This document shows, piece after piece, positions 14,193 through 27,822 of a stretch of 64,000 nucleotides of DNA. The translations under genes were made by a program, and so were the position numbers. The stretch comes from Octopus vulgaris. Its lineage: Eukaryota. Position 1 is the stretch's first letter, and every line of letters starts with the position of its first letter. The stretch is taken from assembly GCA_951406725.2 (NCBI GenBank), contig OX597832.1, positions 68,262,001 to 68,326,000 on the forward strand. Reading direction: 5' to 3'. Under the pieces are notes generated by a model. The model was given only the letters and a program-made list of their open reading frames with translations. It was not told the origin of the DNA and did not search any database.

Positions 14193-14919
14193 TCTCTATA
14201 TTATAATTCTGAAATGCAAAAAGTTTGTTTGTCTGGTTTTGGCATTGAGAACGGGTTAAAGGCCACTAGATCTCGTCGTAACGACTCCAAAATTTACAGG
14301 GACATGTAAAATGAGGTGAGGATGCGAGTGGGCTAGGTTAGAAATCCCCATCTTAAAAGGTGTGGTTGCTAGGGCCAAAAAGGTACACTGACAAGTCTCC
14401 TCTCATTCTTTTATGTGTCTGTCTTTCTCCGTCACTCACTCTCTTTCCTCCCTTCTTTTCACCTTCTATCTATAACGTCGTTTCACAGCGTCTACCTCCC
14501 TTCCCTTCACGTTCTCTCTATAACGTTATAGAGAGAAAGTCAAAGGAAGGGAGAAAGTAATAATGAGTGAATGAGAATAACGACGAACGATTTAAAAAGC
14601 GTAAAAATATTTCCTTTCTCAACTTACTCAACATCTTTTGTTGTTTATAAATGGGAGAGAGATAGATAGAGAAAGATAGAGAGTAAGAGAAAGTGAAGGA
14701 AATCCTACTATCTTTCCTCCGCCGCCTTCACCAGCGCTGTCACTCTCTCTCTCTCTATGTCTGTCTGCATTCATAGAGAGAATTATCATCGCCACCACCA
14801 CAACAAAATCATGAGAACAAACATATATTATGAATTACATATTTACTGGGTTAATTTATGTGTGTGTGTTCTATATATAAATATGTATATATAATGTATA
14901 TATAAAGTGTATATATCTG

Positions 14920-14957
<38 letters not shown>

Positions 14958-14994
14958 TTGTATACATTTATATATATAATGCGTACACACACGT

Positions 14995-15052
<58 letters not shown>

Positions 15053-15974
15053 TGCGTATATATGTACTTATATATATATAATGTATGCATTATGTGGTCG
15101 GTTGTGCTGAAAATATGCACACCTATGTTAAAAGTGCTGGCGAGTTTGCATGCTAACTAATTGTTTTCCTCAAATAAAAGGCGTGACCTCTAGGAAAAAA
15201 TTCCTCATCTTATAACATGTGGCCCGATTAGACCCGAATGAAATCGGGTTATATTAACCAAAGTCTGGAAAGGGGTCTAAATGGGGCTGGGAGAGGATTA
15301 AAATTTACAGGAGCGGGTGTTTAGGAATTCTTTGTTACATCAAGCTAAAGAATTTGCGCCAGCCTTTTAAATCGTCAATGTGCTGCCGTCCATGATGAAG
15401 AAGTTTTGAATGCTTGCCATGGTGAGTCTACTGTCGTGAGAAAGAATCACTTTAAAACTTGGTGTTTAGGAATTTTCCTTTACATCAAGTTCAAAATTTT
15501 ACGCCAGCCGTTAAACTGCCACTACGTTGCTGTCCGTCGTTAAGAAATGCCAGTCATGGTGACTCTACTATCCTCAGATTCCATCCCTTCAAACTTTGGT
15601 TTCCAATATTTTTTTTTCAGCTCGCAAGTTCGTCTGTCCCTTTTAAATGTTAATGTTTTGCTTTCCGCCTTGAAGCAGACCTTTCCGTTGTCACTGCCTG
15701 ATATTTATGATTGATCTTTCAAACTACTTTCTCTCTCAACTTACTCAAGATCTTTTGTTGTTTATAAATGGGAGAGAGATAGACAGAGAAAGATAGAGAT
15801 TAAGAGAAAGCGAGGGAGTGTCCAAGAGAAAGGAAGAGTAAGAGAGTGGGAAAGTGAGAGAGAAAGGAGAGAGAAACAAAGAGGGAGAATGTGGTGATAA
15901 AACAACAGAAAGGAAGCAACAGAAAGTAACAACCACACTCTTACACGCGCATAGAGCGGGCCACCTTTAGCTAG
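14193..15974 (+). mobile_element. Non-autonomous Helitron, copy 1 of a tandem dimer
   Basis: Starts TC after an A; ends with a GC-rich subterminal hairpin region and CTAG; internal microsatellites and ~150-bp subrepeats. Confidence 0.8.
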
Positions 15975-17788
15975 TTTTATATTATAATTCTGAAATGCGA
16001 AAAGTTTTGTTTGTTTGTTTGTCTGGTTTTGGCATTCAGAATGGGATAAAGACCACTAGATCCTGTCGGATTGACTCCAAAATTTACAGTGACATGTAAA
16101 ATGAGGTGAGGATGCGACTGGGCTAGGTTAGAAATCTCCATCTTAAAAGGTGTGGTTTCTAGGGCCAAAAACGCACTTTGACAAGTCTACTCTCATTCTT
16201 TTATGTATTTGTCTTCCAACATCACTCACTCTCTCTCCTCCCTTCCTTTCACTTTCTATATATAACGTCGTTTCACTGCGTCTACCTCCCTTCCCTTCAC
16301 TTTGTCTTTATAACGTCGTTTCACTTTGTCTTTATAACGTCGTTTCCTATATCTCCCCCCTCCCCGCCTTCGACCGCACTTTCACACACTCTCTCTCTCT
16401 ACGTCTGTCTGCATTCATAGAGAGAATTATCTTCGTCACAACCACCACACAATCATGAGAACAAATATTATGAATCAGATATTTATTGGGTTAATTTATA
16501 TATGTGTGTGTGTGTGTTCTATATATAAATATGTAAATATAATATATACATACAAAGTGTATATATCTGTATTTATGTATATTAAACTTTTTAATACTTT
16601 TTGATAGTTATATATATTTTTAAAAAAATATAAATATAAATTAATAATTTTAATTTTAAATTTAAATAATTTAATTTTTTAAATTTTATATTTTATATAT
16701 TTTGTATATTATATTTTTATTTTTTTATGTTTTGGCTTGTTTTTCCCTTTTTCATTTGCCTAATAGTGGTTTTATCTCTAATTTAATTTATATATATATA
16801 GATATATAATTTGTATACATGTGTATATATAATGCGTACACACACACACACACATATATATATAAATAATGCGTATATATGTACTTATATATATATAATG
16901 TGTGCATTATGTGGTCGGTTGTGCTGAAAATATGGACACCTATGTTAAAAGTGCTGGCGAGTTTGCATGGCAACTATTTTTTTCCTCAAATGAAAGGCGT
17001 GACCTCTAGGACAAAATTCCTCATCGTATAAAATGTGACCCGAGTCGACTCGAATAAAATCGGGTTATATTAACCAAAATGTGAAAAGAGGTCTAAATGG
17101 GGCTTGAAGGGGATTAAAATTTACAGGAGCGGGTGTTTAGGAATTCTCTGTTACATCAAGCTAAAAAATTTGCGGCAGACTTTAAATCGTCAATGTGTTG
17201 CCGTCCATGATGAAGAAGTTTTGAATGCTTGCCATGGTGAGTCTACTGTCTTGAGAAAGAATCACTTCAAAAGTGGGTGTTTAGGAATTTTCTTTTACAT
17301 CAAGTTCAAAATTTTACGCCAGCCGTTAAACTGCCACTACGTTGCTGTCTGTCGTTAAGAAATGCCAGCCATGGTGACCCTACTATCCTCACATTCTATC
17401 ACTTCAATCTTTCGTTTCCAATATTACTTTTATTTTTATTCAGTTCGCAAGTTCGTCTGTCCCTTTTAAATGTTAGTGTTTTGCTTTCCGCCTTGAAGCA
17501 GACCTTTCACTGCCTGATATTTATGATTGATCTTTCAAACTACTTTCTCTCTCAACTTACTCAAGATCTTTTGTTGTTTATAAATGGGAGAGAGATAGAC
17601 AGAGAAAGATAGAGATTAAGAGAAAGCGAGGGAGAGTCCAAGAGAAAGGAAGAGTAAGAGAGTAGAAAAGTGAGCGAGAAAGGAGAGAAAAATAAAAGGG
17701 AGAATGTGGTGATAAAAAACAGAAAGGAAGCAACAGAAAGTAACAACCACACTCTTACCCGCGCGTAGAGCTGGTCACCTTAAGCTAG
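15975..17788 (+). mobile_element. Non-autonomous Helitron, copy 2 of a tandem dimer
   Basis: Directly follows the CTAG of copy 1 and is collinear with it; ends acccgcgcgtagagctggt...agCTAG followed by T. Confidence 0.8.
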
Positions 17789-17819
17789 TAAAATATATAA
17801 ATTTATATATACTAAACTG

Positions 17820-17998
17820 TGGAGGCGCAATGGCTCAGTGGTTAGGGCAGCGGTCTTCGGATCGCAGTTTCGATTCCCAGACCTGGCGTTGTGAGTGTTT
17901 ATTGAGCGTACACACTCACAACGCCCGGTGTGGGAAACGAAACCACTATCCGAAGACCGCAAGTCCGCTGCCCTAACCACTCGGCCATTGAACCTCCA
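17820..17998. repeat. Two SINE family B heads in inverted arrangement (hairpin)
   Basis: tggaggcgcaatggc...gttgtgagtgt is followed by acactcacaacg...gccattgaacctcca. Confidence 0.85.
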
Positions 17999-18128
17999 TT
18001 ATATATATATATGTGTGTGTTATGTTTGTGCGCGCGCGCGGTAAGTGTGCTTACTTATCAACCATATAGCTCCAAGTTTAGTCCTACTGAGTGATACCTT
18101 ATATACAATTGTGAGTGTTTATTGAGCG

Positions 18129-18194
<66 letters not shown>

Positions 18195-18244
18195 TTGTCC
18201 CCTCCCCCGTTACTTAGCGGTTCGGTGAAACACACCGATAGAAT

Positions 18245-19611
18245 AAGTCCAGGTGTCGATTTGTTCGACTAAATGCAACAGTCAAATGACTGAAACAAAT
18301 AAAAGAATAAAAATCCAAAGAATATATATATATCCGAGTTTGTATGAATCTGTATCATGGTGGTGCTCCAGCATGACCTCAGCTGCATGGCTGTAACGAA
18401 TAAGAATATATTAAGCAATCAAATTCCAGCCTGGTTTGATTTTCATGTTGTCAAGCGATGATGAGGGGACAAATACAAGCATAGAAACATATATGTATAT
18501 ACGACAGATTTCAAAGCTTTGGTCGGCTCCAGGCTATAGTAGAAAATACTCTGCCAAGGCGCCCCGTAGTGGGACTGAACCCGGAACATTGTGGTTGGGA
18601 AGCAAGCTTCTTTATTTCATCAGTTTGTTTTTCAAATAGACGACAGAAGAAGAGAACGAGAGTTCCAATTGCAGCAAAGACAAATATTTTTCGGCCACAC
18701 GGTAATCCTGGCCTTCACAGCTTTTCAATCCTTGTGTAATTCCTTGAAATTATTTTTCAAAAAGACTTCCACGCCGGAAAATAAACACAGTTCTCGCAAA
18801 TAATTGAGAATAATGCAACACTCAAATTAAATTAATTTGTAAGCGAAACACACCTCCAGACAGTTCTCACAGCTACGTGAGAAAAACACACTGCTCTACC
18901 GCAGGCAGACCAAAAGCTCAGTATCCAGTGAGGACTCCTTGTCTGTACAAAAAATAAATCTCACAAACAACGAATCCTCACTAGACTCAAAAAGCAAAAA
19001 AGGTCTTACCTTATAGTAGAGCGTTTTTCAATACAATTTTTGTCCGCTGCACACCATTAATCCTGAGTTAATTCTGAGTATTAACTCAGGACAACTCAAA
19101 GTGTCCGCACGATACACATTTCCCCATAGTCCTAATATCCAGTAATTACTGATTTATTTAACGCGATGTTTTTATTCTTTAACCTAACACCCGTGGTAAA
19201 CGAGTATAGGCGTATACGATTGGCTGCGATGCGCACTGTGTTCTCTGATTCTCTGGTGAATTTTTGATAACGTTCTCCTGTATTTTATTACCAGGTGCCG
19301 TTTCATGCATGAAACAGAATTTTAAAGAAAGTTTCTGGCTCTCAAGAAACATAAAAGAATAAGAAAAAATTACTTGTTCCAATTTTCGTAATAACTCGTG
19401 CACAGCGGTACTGGCCATGCTGGGGTTGTGTTATTTTCTTTGCTCTTTTATTTGCCTTCTTTTGATGAACAGCGGTCATACTGGGGCACCACCTTACATA
19501 GTTGAACAAATCGACCGCAAAATATTTTCTTTATAAATCTGGTACTTATCAATCGGGTTTCTTTGGCTGAAATGCTACGGAGACATAAACAAACCAACAC
19601 CGGTTATGAAA
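18245..19611. repeat. Right copy of the inverted segmental duplication (partner 846-2148)
   Basis: Reverse-complement match to 846-2148; the SINEs at both edges continue beyond the matched region in this copy. Confidence 0.9.
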
Positions 19612-20376
19612 CGTTGACACGGGACAAACAACACAAACACACACTCACGACAGGCTTTCAAAACGTTCCCGTCTACGCAGTCCATTCAAAAGGCCTTGGT
19701 CGGTCCAAGGCCTTTTGAAGAAAATACATGCCGAAGGTAACATGCGGTGGGACTGAACCTGCCCCAAACCATGTGTTTGGGAAGCAAATTTCTTACCACA
19801 CAGACATGCCTTAAAATTCAGATTATCAGATCATCGAGGACATTGTCATCTTACTTGCTCAACACCTCTTTAACATTCCCTAATATAAATGTCTGTGTGT
19901 GATTATTATTCTTTCTCTGGTTTGTTCCGATGACTTTACTGTGCATTGTTCGTTTGGCAGTCTTTTAAATCCTCGTTGTGATAATTTGTATAGCACACAG
20001 TTTTAACATTTACAAATATATTCATACACATCCATCTGTTCATACATACATACGCGGAGATTATTTTGTCAATTCTTTCTTTTCTTTGCTCCTATGTCTT
20101 TTTTGTGTTAGTTTTCAATTATTTCTCCCAAACCAAATATGTGCATAACATCGATATATATTATCAGTCAAAAAAAGTAATTTTTTCTTTTTATAAATAT
20201 GTGTATATATTATTTCCTATCACAATAGATATTCTCAACATATTAGTCTGTAGGTGCATGTGTGAGTGTGTGTGTGTTTGTGAGTGATAAAAATTTCTTC
20301 CTCTCCCTTCTCTCAATATATAGCATGTGTATGTATACATAAATTTATGCATATACATGTGGGTGTATGTATGTAT

Positions 20377-20412
<36 letters not shown>

Positions 20413-21073
20413 GCGTACACATCTGTGTTTCACCCGTTGAAACATGCTTTTAACAGTTCACGCTATCCTTATTCCTCCTTCTCCTTCCCTCCCTCTTTCT
20501 CTCACTCTCTTTCTCTCTCTCCCACCCTCTTTTTCTTTTTCTGCTTCACACCCATGCAGCCATACATAAAATTTTGAATAATGCATCATTCAGATATATA
20601 TCAAGATTTATGAGGAATATGCGTAAATTCCATCTCTCCTCCAAAATATATCTGATATACAAAAAGTAAAGCATGTAAAGTATTACATAAAAAAAAACAA
20701 CAAAAATGCTCCCAAAGAAATCTGCAAAGAATATTTGGCTACTTGGAACTCAAATCTATTCCCAAAATAATGGAATCTCATACTTATTTGTCAACTATAT
20801 TTTCAGCCTAGTGTTTGTGCTTATTGTTTTATACGCCTACAATTTTATTTATTTATTTAAAATCAGTTCTTGAAATTTTTTTACTGTCTTTTAACCATCA
20901 CCGAAACTCTATCCTGGCTTACGACGCAATTTGACTTCACTTTCAAAATGGAGGATGCGTCTTCTTCACTAAATAATAAAATACAGTTTTCTCACCGCAA
21001 ATCTAAAAGCACGAAAACCATATATATATATATATATATATATATAGATAGATATATATATATATATATATAT

Positions 21074-21136
<63 letters not shown>

Positions 21137-21263
21137 TAGATATAGATATGTATATATCTGTATGTGTTTACATGTATATATAGATAAAAGCATTATAACG
21201 TTATATATTAGTATTATATTACGTGTGTATGTACACACACACATTTCAGTATGTTAAATTATG

Positions 21264-21302
<39 letters not shown>

Positions 21303-21797
21303 GCGTGCGTGCGTGCGTACGTGAGTGTTTGTGTGCATGTGTTGAAGGAAGTAGTATTCCATCCAGGTCTGAATTTTCTATAATCAATTTGTTTCTTTAG
21401 ATTTGGTTAACCAACCCTACCTATACTAGTGGCCATTTCATACATATATATTCGATTTAATAGCTTCTTTTGGAAAACAAATAATACAGAATATATATTT
21501 TGTGACGCATGAGGTGAATAATTAATTTATACGGAAAGAAAATATTCTGAAATGGCGAATTAAACGCCTTATGATGACACAGTTCCGACCATTAGTTTTT
21601 GAGTTCACATTCCATTCAGACTGGTCTTAAATTTACCATTCATTATTCTTTCTATAAACTAGTATATTTGATAGCAAACGCTTGCAAAGTTGGCTGGCCT
21701 TCAGCGTAAGTTAGAAATTATATATAATTCTGCATAATCACCAAGATATTTGGTGAAAGGGGGTGGATACTAACGCAGCGTAGAACGAACTCAGTTC

Positions 21798-21835
<38 letters not shown>

Positions 21836-22064
21836 CATATATATATATAATCTTTTGTTGCCATCATTAGACTACGGCCATACTGGCTCGCTCATTTGAC
21901 GGATTTTAGCCGAATGAATCGATCCTAGTAATTTAATTTTTTTTTCTAAGCCTAGTACTCATTCTGTCGACATCTTTTGCCGAACAGCTAAGTTACGCGG
22001 GCGTGAACACATCAGCACCGAGGGCAAACACAGACACAGACACACCTGCGCGCGCTCACACACA

Positions 22065-22095
<31 letters not shown>

Positions 22096-22139
22096 CACAC
22101 GCACGCACACACACACACACACAAACGCACACACGCACG

Positions 22140-22204
<65 letters not shown>

Positions 22205-23106
22205 CCGATGGGCGTCTTTCAGTTTCTGCCTACCTATCGTATACATACATACGCACATACATACATACATATATATATATATGTATGTATGTATGTATTA
22301 TGTATTAATGTATGTGTTTGTGTGTGTGTGTCAATAGGTCAGAAATAAGAGCTTCACATATAATATTTTCCAGTATGAAATTGTCAATCTACTGACTGTA
22401 TTGTTTTATAATAGTTGAAGGTGTGAACTTAAATAGATATACCTGTTAATTTCAACAAGGGAGACAACGGCCTACAAGCACAATATCTGCCCAACTTCGT
22501 CACCCACGCCTCCGATAAAAGACATCATATTAAATAGCTACAATCGTGTGATGCGAAATAAACGGACCACTTTATGATGCTTAGTTTTCTTTACATAATA
22601 TGGAGGGATTTGGCTTATATTCGGAGAACATTAATACATTTAGTGCTTTGACAGCACTGAGTTCGTTGGAAAGATGTCAGCATTTTGAATGACAATAGAA
22701 AGAACAATGAGAAATCAATAAAATATAATGAAAACCGATCGGTTAATAAACATATTGAACTAATGAGTAAATACTTTTGACATTTAAAGGAAATAATATT
22801 TATCGAATAATTGGAAAATATTGCAAAAACCACGGAGAAAATATAGAGAAACAAAAATGAGAAAACGAAAAAATCGAATATTTTTGTCAGAGATTGATGG
22901 GAAATAAATGTAACTTTTAAATGGAGGAAAATGAACTTTTTCTTCTACCCTTTGTATCCTCAAACATGCTTATAACATTGATTTCTATTTATTCTGCTCC
23001 TCCTCATCATCATTATTTAATGTCCAGCTCTCATGGGTTGGACGCTTCGACAATAGTTTACGTGTATGAGCACAACGTCATACTTCAATGACTGTTTGTG
23101 TGTGTG

Positions 23107-23177
<71 letters not shown>

Positions 23178-23423
23178 GGTGTGTGTGAGAGCACGTTACT
23201 CAGTGCATCTCCCCTCCACTACTTGACAAGTAATGTTGGTTTGTTAAAGTTTCCTCACCTTTAGCAGCTCGGCAGAAGAGACTAACAGAATGTATTACAG
23301 ATTTCCTAACAACAAAATAAGTTCTGCAGTCAATTTGATTAACTAAACTCATCAAGGAAATGATCCAGCATAGCCGCAGTCCAATAATAAAATACAAAAG
23401 GCTAAAATGAAAATAATCAATAA

Positions 23424-24477
23424 AATAATAGCACTCCGAGAACGCAAACCTCCACCAAGGCAGCACCAGCGTCCTCTCAACGATTAACCGAAGATAATTT
23501 TTTAAATGAGGACATCCGAAATAAATTCGACTTCTCTCACAAACGAAAATATTAAAAATGAACCCGAACGCTCACATATATAAAGCAAAAAAAAACGGAA
23601 AAATAGTCCAGAATCCTTGTCCAGTATCTGATCAATTCCAATGGTAGTCATGGAATCTGAAGATGAGCCGTGTGTAGGCCGTGTTTGTAATGCTGTGAGT
23701 GTACCGTCTACAGTCGTAACAGGGACAGTTTTCTCTATGGAGGCCTTTTTTTAGTCCATCCATTGATATGGTGTCTTTACGACTATTAAGGTATATAGAG
23801 AAAAATTTATCCGTGCGTGAAAGAAAGCGGAAAGGACCTGCATACGGTGCTGTTAACGGAGGTTTAGCAAAATTGTTGCGCACAAAAACCTGAGTCTAAG
23901 TAGTAAAGCTTCTTTCAAGGCAAAGCTAGAAATGCAATTATCAAGTAGGTAAGAGATTTTAAAGAGGAGCGATGTATTCAACATTGGTAAAACAAAAAAT
24001 TGTCGAGGATAAATTAAATTTATTATTGTTAGTGTTAATTAATTTCTGAACGGTTTCGCTACCGTTTGTTTATGTAGTTTGATTTCTTTATCCATCAGTT
24101 TCTCCTAAGATAGAGACGCGAGTAAAATTAGCAATAGAGAAACGAAAATAAATCTTTAGAAACAGCTACGCCACCATAACTTACATGGAAACCATGAGCG
24201 TGCTTTCAAGGGAGATAATCAGAGAAAGACTTAAAAGTCAACGTAAGATTGTAGTACATCATAAAGTAAATATAAGAAATAATCCAGATTCCTTGTCCAG
24301 TACCGGATTGATCCCAAAATCTAACCAGTTCGTGTCGGTCGTGAGGACAAACATCACCGAAAGTTTCATCGTAATCCATCCAGCAGTTCTTGACATATTT
24401 TGTCCACGGACAAACAAACAAACAAACAAACAAACGCGACTGAAAAATACCTCCGCCTTCGCTAAGGCGAAGGTAAT
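23424..24477 (+). mobile_element. Helentron/DINE-like non-autonomous element in two pieces (23424-23640 and 24278-24477)
   Basis: 5' piece has aacctccaccaagg; 3' piece has (CAAA)n and the terminal hairpin acctccgcctt-cgct-aaggcgaaggt. Confidence 0.55.
23730..23895 (-). pseudogene. Ty3/Gypsy integrase C-terminal fragment
   Basis: Translation KPPLTAPYAGPFRFLSRTDKFFSIYLNSRKDTISMDGLK, a GPY/F-type motif. Confidence 0.7.
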
Positions 24478-25282
24478 AAAAAGAGATTCCATCTCGTGGA
24501 TGGTTAGAAGACCAGCTTGCTGATACTTTCAGTAACACATTTTTTCTGGGAGAGAACACGTTATAAGCATCTCTATCAACTTTTAAAGCATTCACACTTA
24601 AATACTTTATTCTTTTCTCCCTTCGACATGCAAACCTATTCAAATTCCTGAACACAAACGCATTTAACAGACTATACAACAACAACAAGAGCAACGGCAA
24701 TACCAACAATACTCTTATCCCAAATTATCCAGTAATTCTTTATGTGGTTTAATTCCAACAAGAAATACCAGCCATATCTTTCTAAAATCACTCGTTACCG
24801 ACACAGCAATGTACAGGAAAACTTATCATGTAGATGTACTGCAGTGTCACCTAAAATAACAAAAAGAAACCTTATGCTCATTACCTGTTAACTTATACAT
24901 CCTGCAGAGACTAAATTATTCAGCAAAAACTATTCCCACGAAAAATACACGAAGAAAACAAAGAAGCTTTAACTGGAGTAAGAGTTTTACTTAACGCTAA
25001 ACAAGATTTTAATGAGTGAAAGCAAAATGAAATCTAGCTCTCCATTTGCTCGCAGATATGTCTGTGTAGTTAGTAATGTTGAATTCGTAACGGTATGGTC
25101 TGAGTTCAATTCCCTCCACTGGGCAGTACCTTGAGCAACTGCGTTGCATCAGTGTTTTGTTTCTACCCGAGCCATGTGAGTATAAGTTGGCCAACTGGCT
25201 GGGACGTTTGGATAGATTGTTTTACAGTAATTGTCCAAGACTCGTCGTTGTCGGCTTTGCTTTCTGTCCTTTCAGAGATCGA

Positions 25283-25335
<53 letters not shown>

Positions 25336-25383
25336 CTCTATCTCCTTCTTACTCTTTCTTTCACTCTATGTCTCTTTCTCCAG

Positions 25384-25506
25384 AAAAATGTCTGCTTTGG
25401 TCAGACACGAAGAAAGTCGCCAGGTCTAATAGAAATTTTCAAGATATGCCGTATGGCAAGACAGCACCGCCACGACACAAACAAGGAGTTGAGAGCCAAA
25501 AGCAAG
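25384..25506 (+). CDS. Candidate isolated 123-bp exon of an unknown gene
   Basis: Polypyrimidine tract with ttctccag acceptor and AAG|gtgagt donor; length divisible by 3; two frames open. No homology recognised. Confidence 0.3.
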
Positions 25507-25714
25507 GTGAGTGTGTCTGTGTGTATGTTTACACACACACACACATATATATACAAACATACATACATGCATACATACGGAGCCTTCTGGTTAAAGGCGT
25601 TAATATAAAATAGATAACTCACAACTCGAGACGAGGAAAAAGGTTTGAATTTGAAATCCAAAAATACGAGGAAGAAGAATAATGTTCACGTATCTAATTT
25701 TTTCGTGTTTTGTG

Positions 25715-25776
<62 letters not shown>

Positions 25777-27758
25777 CTGGTTGACGTATCTATGCTGATA
25801 TATCTCGCAACTACTTAATCGTTTTACTTCCTTTATGTTGTTTCTGGCATATAAATGTTCGAAGCATATAAATGATGTCAATGACTAAAAACTTAAAACA
25901 GATGCTCCAGCATTGTCGTAATTAGCCTACAGACCTAAACTAGTAACAAAGTAAAAAACATGAGCTCGGCATTTCAAAATTATTTCACATTTCAAATAAT
26001 TGTGGCGGAGTTGTTTCGGTGTTGAATTCACAAGTGTTAGGGCGCATGTTCACATCTCGAACTAGTGACACACTGTGACCTTTAGCAAAGCCATTTATCA
26101 CGTTGCCACAGTCCACACGGCTGCAAATGTGTATCATCGACAACTCACGAATGGCTAACTCTGCAAAGGTCAGACATGATATTCAGAGGAAAAGGACTCG
26201 ATTATTATCAATCGCTTAAATGCCTGATGAATCCGTAAATTCAAGACTCACTTCAAGGAAGACGTCCTGTTACAACTGTCATTGTCTGAACGAAATTGCA
26301 TTGCTATCTATCTACGTCTCTCCGCGTATTTCTAATGTAATTCATTTTGTTAGTAACTAAATCATTCTTCTTCTTCTTCCTCTTCTTGTTCTTTTTTTGT
26401 ATAACTCATAACTTACCTGGAATACATCCAAATAACTTGCTAAAAGACAAAAAAAAGCAAACTTTCGATAAACAAAAATCTATTTTTTTCCACTTTTGTT
26501 GCTTAATAATCTGAGATATATAATTCAGACGAGGCAGGCATCAACGTTTTTAAAATCGCAGACTAAGTCGATTAATCAATCAAGAAAAGAAACTGGTTAA
26601 AAATGGAGGCATCGAAATGTTAGCTAATTGGAAGGTGGGGTGTAAGGGGGGATGGGAAGTTGTTAGTAATGCGGCACGTTATGTATTTCATACACAAACA
26701 CATACAGAAAAAATATTCTGTGTAACGAAGCAACAGAAGAGCCTCTACATCTCCGTTCGACTTGCGAGAAATAGTAGCCAGATCTCCCTCAACTAAACAT
26801 TCTTCCGGGTTATATAAGAACATAACGTAAATGATGATCTAAAGCTCAACGTACCTAAAAAAGGTGTGGTGGGCATGAATGGAATTCCTTTAATCTTCCG
26901 ATTGATCAACAAGGGTTGATCGGGGACGAAAAAAGAACAACTGTAATTTCACCATCATCAGCAACAACGTTTACATTTTACCTCTGTACTTTCTGGCTTC
27001 CACATCAGTCTTGTAGATGAAGGCACGAGAGTGCAGTTAAGAAGCTGGCTTGTCAATGATACGGTTTCGAAGCCAGTCCCGCCGAGCATCATGGACGACG
27101 ACAACGACGATGATAATGATAGTGAAGCTTTATTCAGAGCTATATAATTGAATGCTTCTTATCCATTGCCCTCCGCCCAAATGAGTGGATCTGTGCTTGT
27201 GTGAGAAAAAATTGAAACGTGGCGTAAATTTGGGGCCTTTGGTCGATTACATTGACATAAATATTTTACTGGTATTCTGAAAGGGTAAAAGATGAAGCTG
27301 GCCTCGGCAGGGTTTAAGAACTTAGAATGTAAAAAGTGAGAACAAACACTGGCAGTGGACTCCTCTCCGAAATAATATAAACGTAAAGTTTGGTTTAATT
27401 GAATGTTAACGAGGGAGAGGGAAGAGGGAGAAACAAGAGAGAGAGAGAGAGAGAGGGGTGGAAGGGGAAAATTTTCAATTTTTCATCTTTTCCTTTTTTC
27501 AGTCATTAGGGGTTTCGTGGAAAGGATCGGCTCGAGTACTTACTTTTTTGCAGTCTCGTACTTTTTCTATCTGCCTCTTTTGCAGAAATGCTACATTGTG
27601 AGACGTAAACAAACCAGCACTGGTTGTCAAGCGGTGCAGAAACAAATACAGGCAGAAAGACATACACGTAGATATATATATATGTGTGTGCATATATCAT
27701 ATATATATATATACACACACACATATATATATATATACATACATACATATATATGCCT

Positions 27759-27822
<64 letters not shown>

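Noticed and set aside
16575-16790. Novel AT-rich insert in Helitron copy 2
   Set aside because: It replaces a (TA)n tract of copy 1 and looks like low-quality consensus or a decayed microsatellite.
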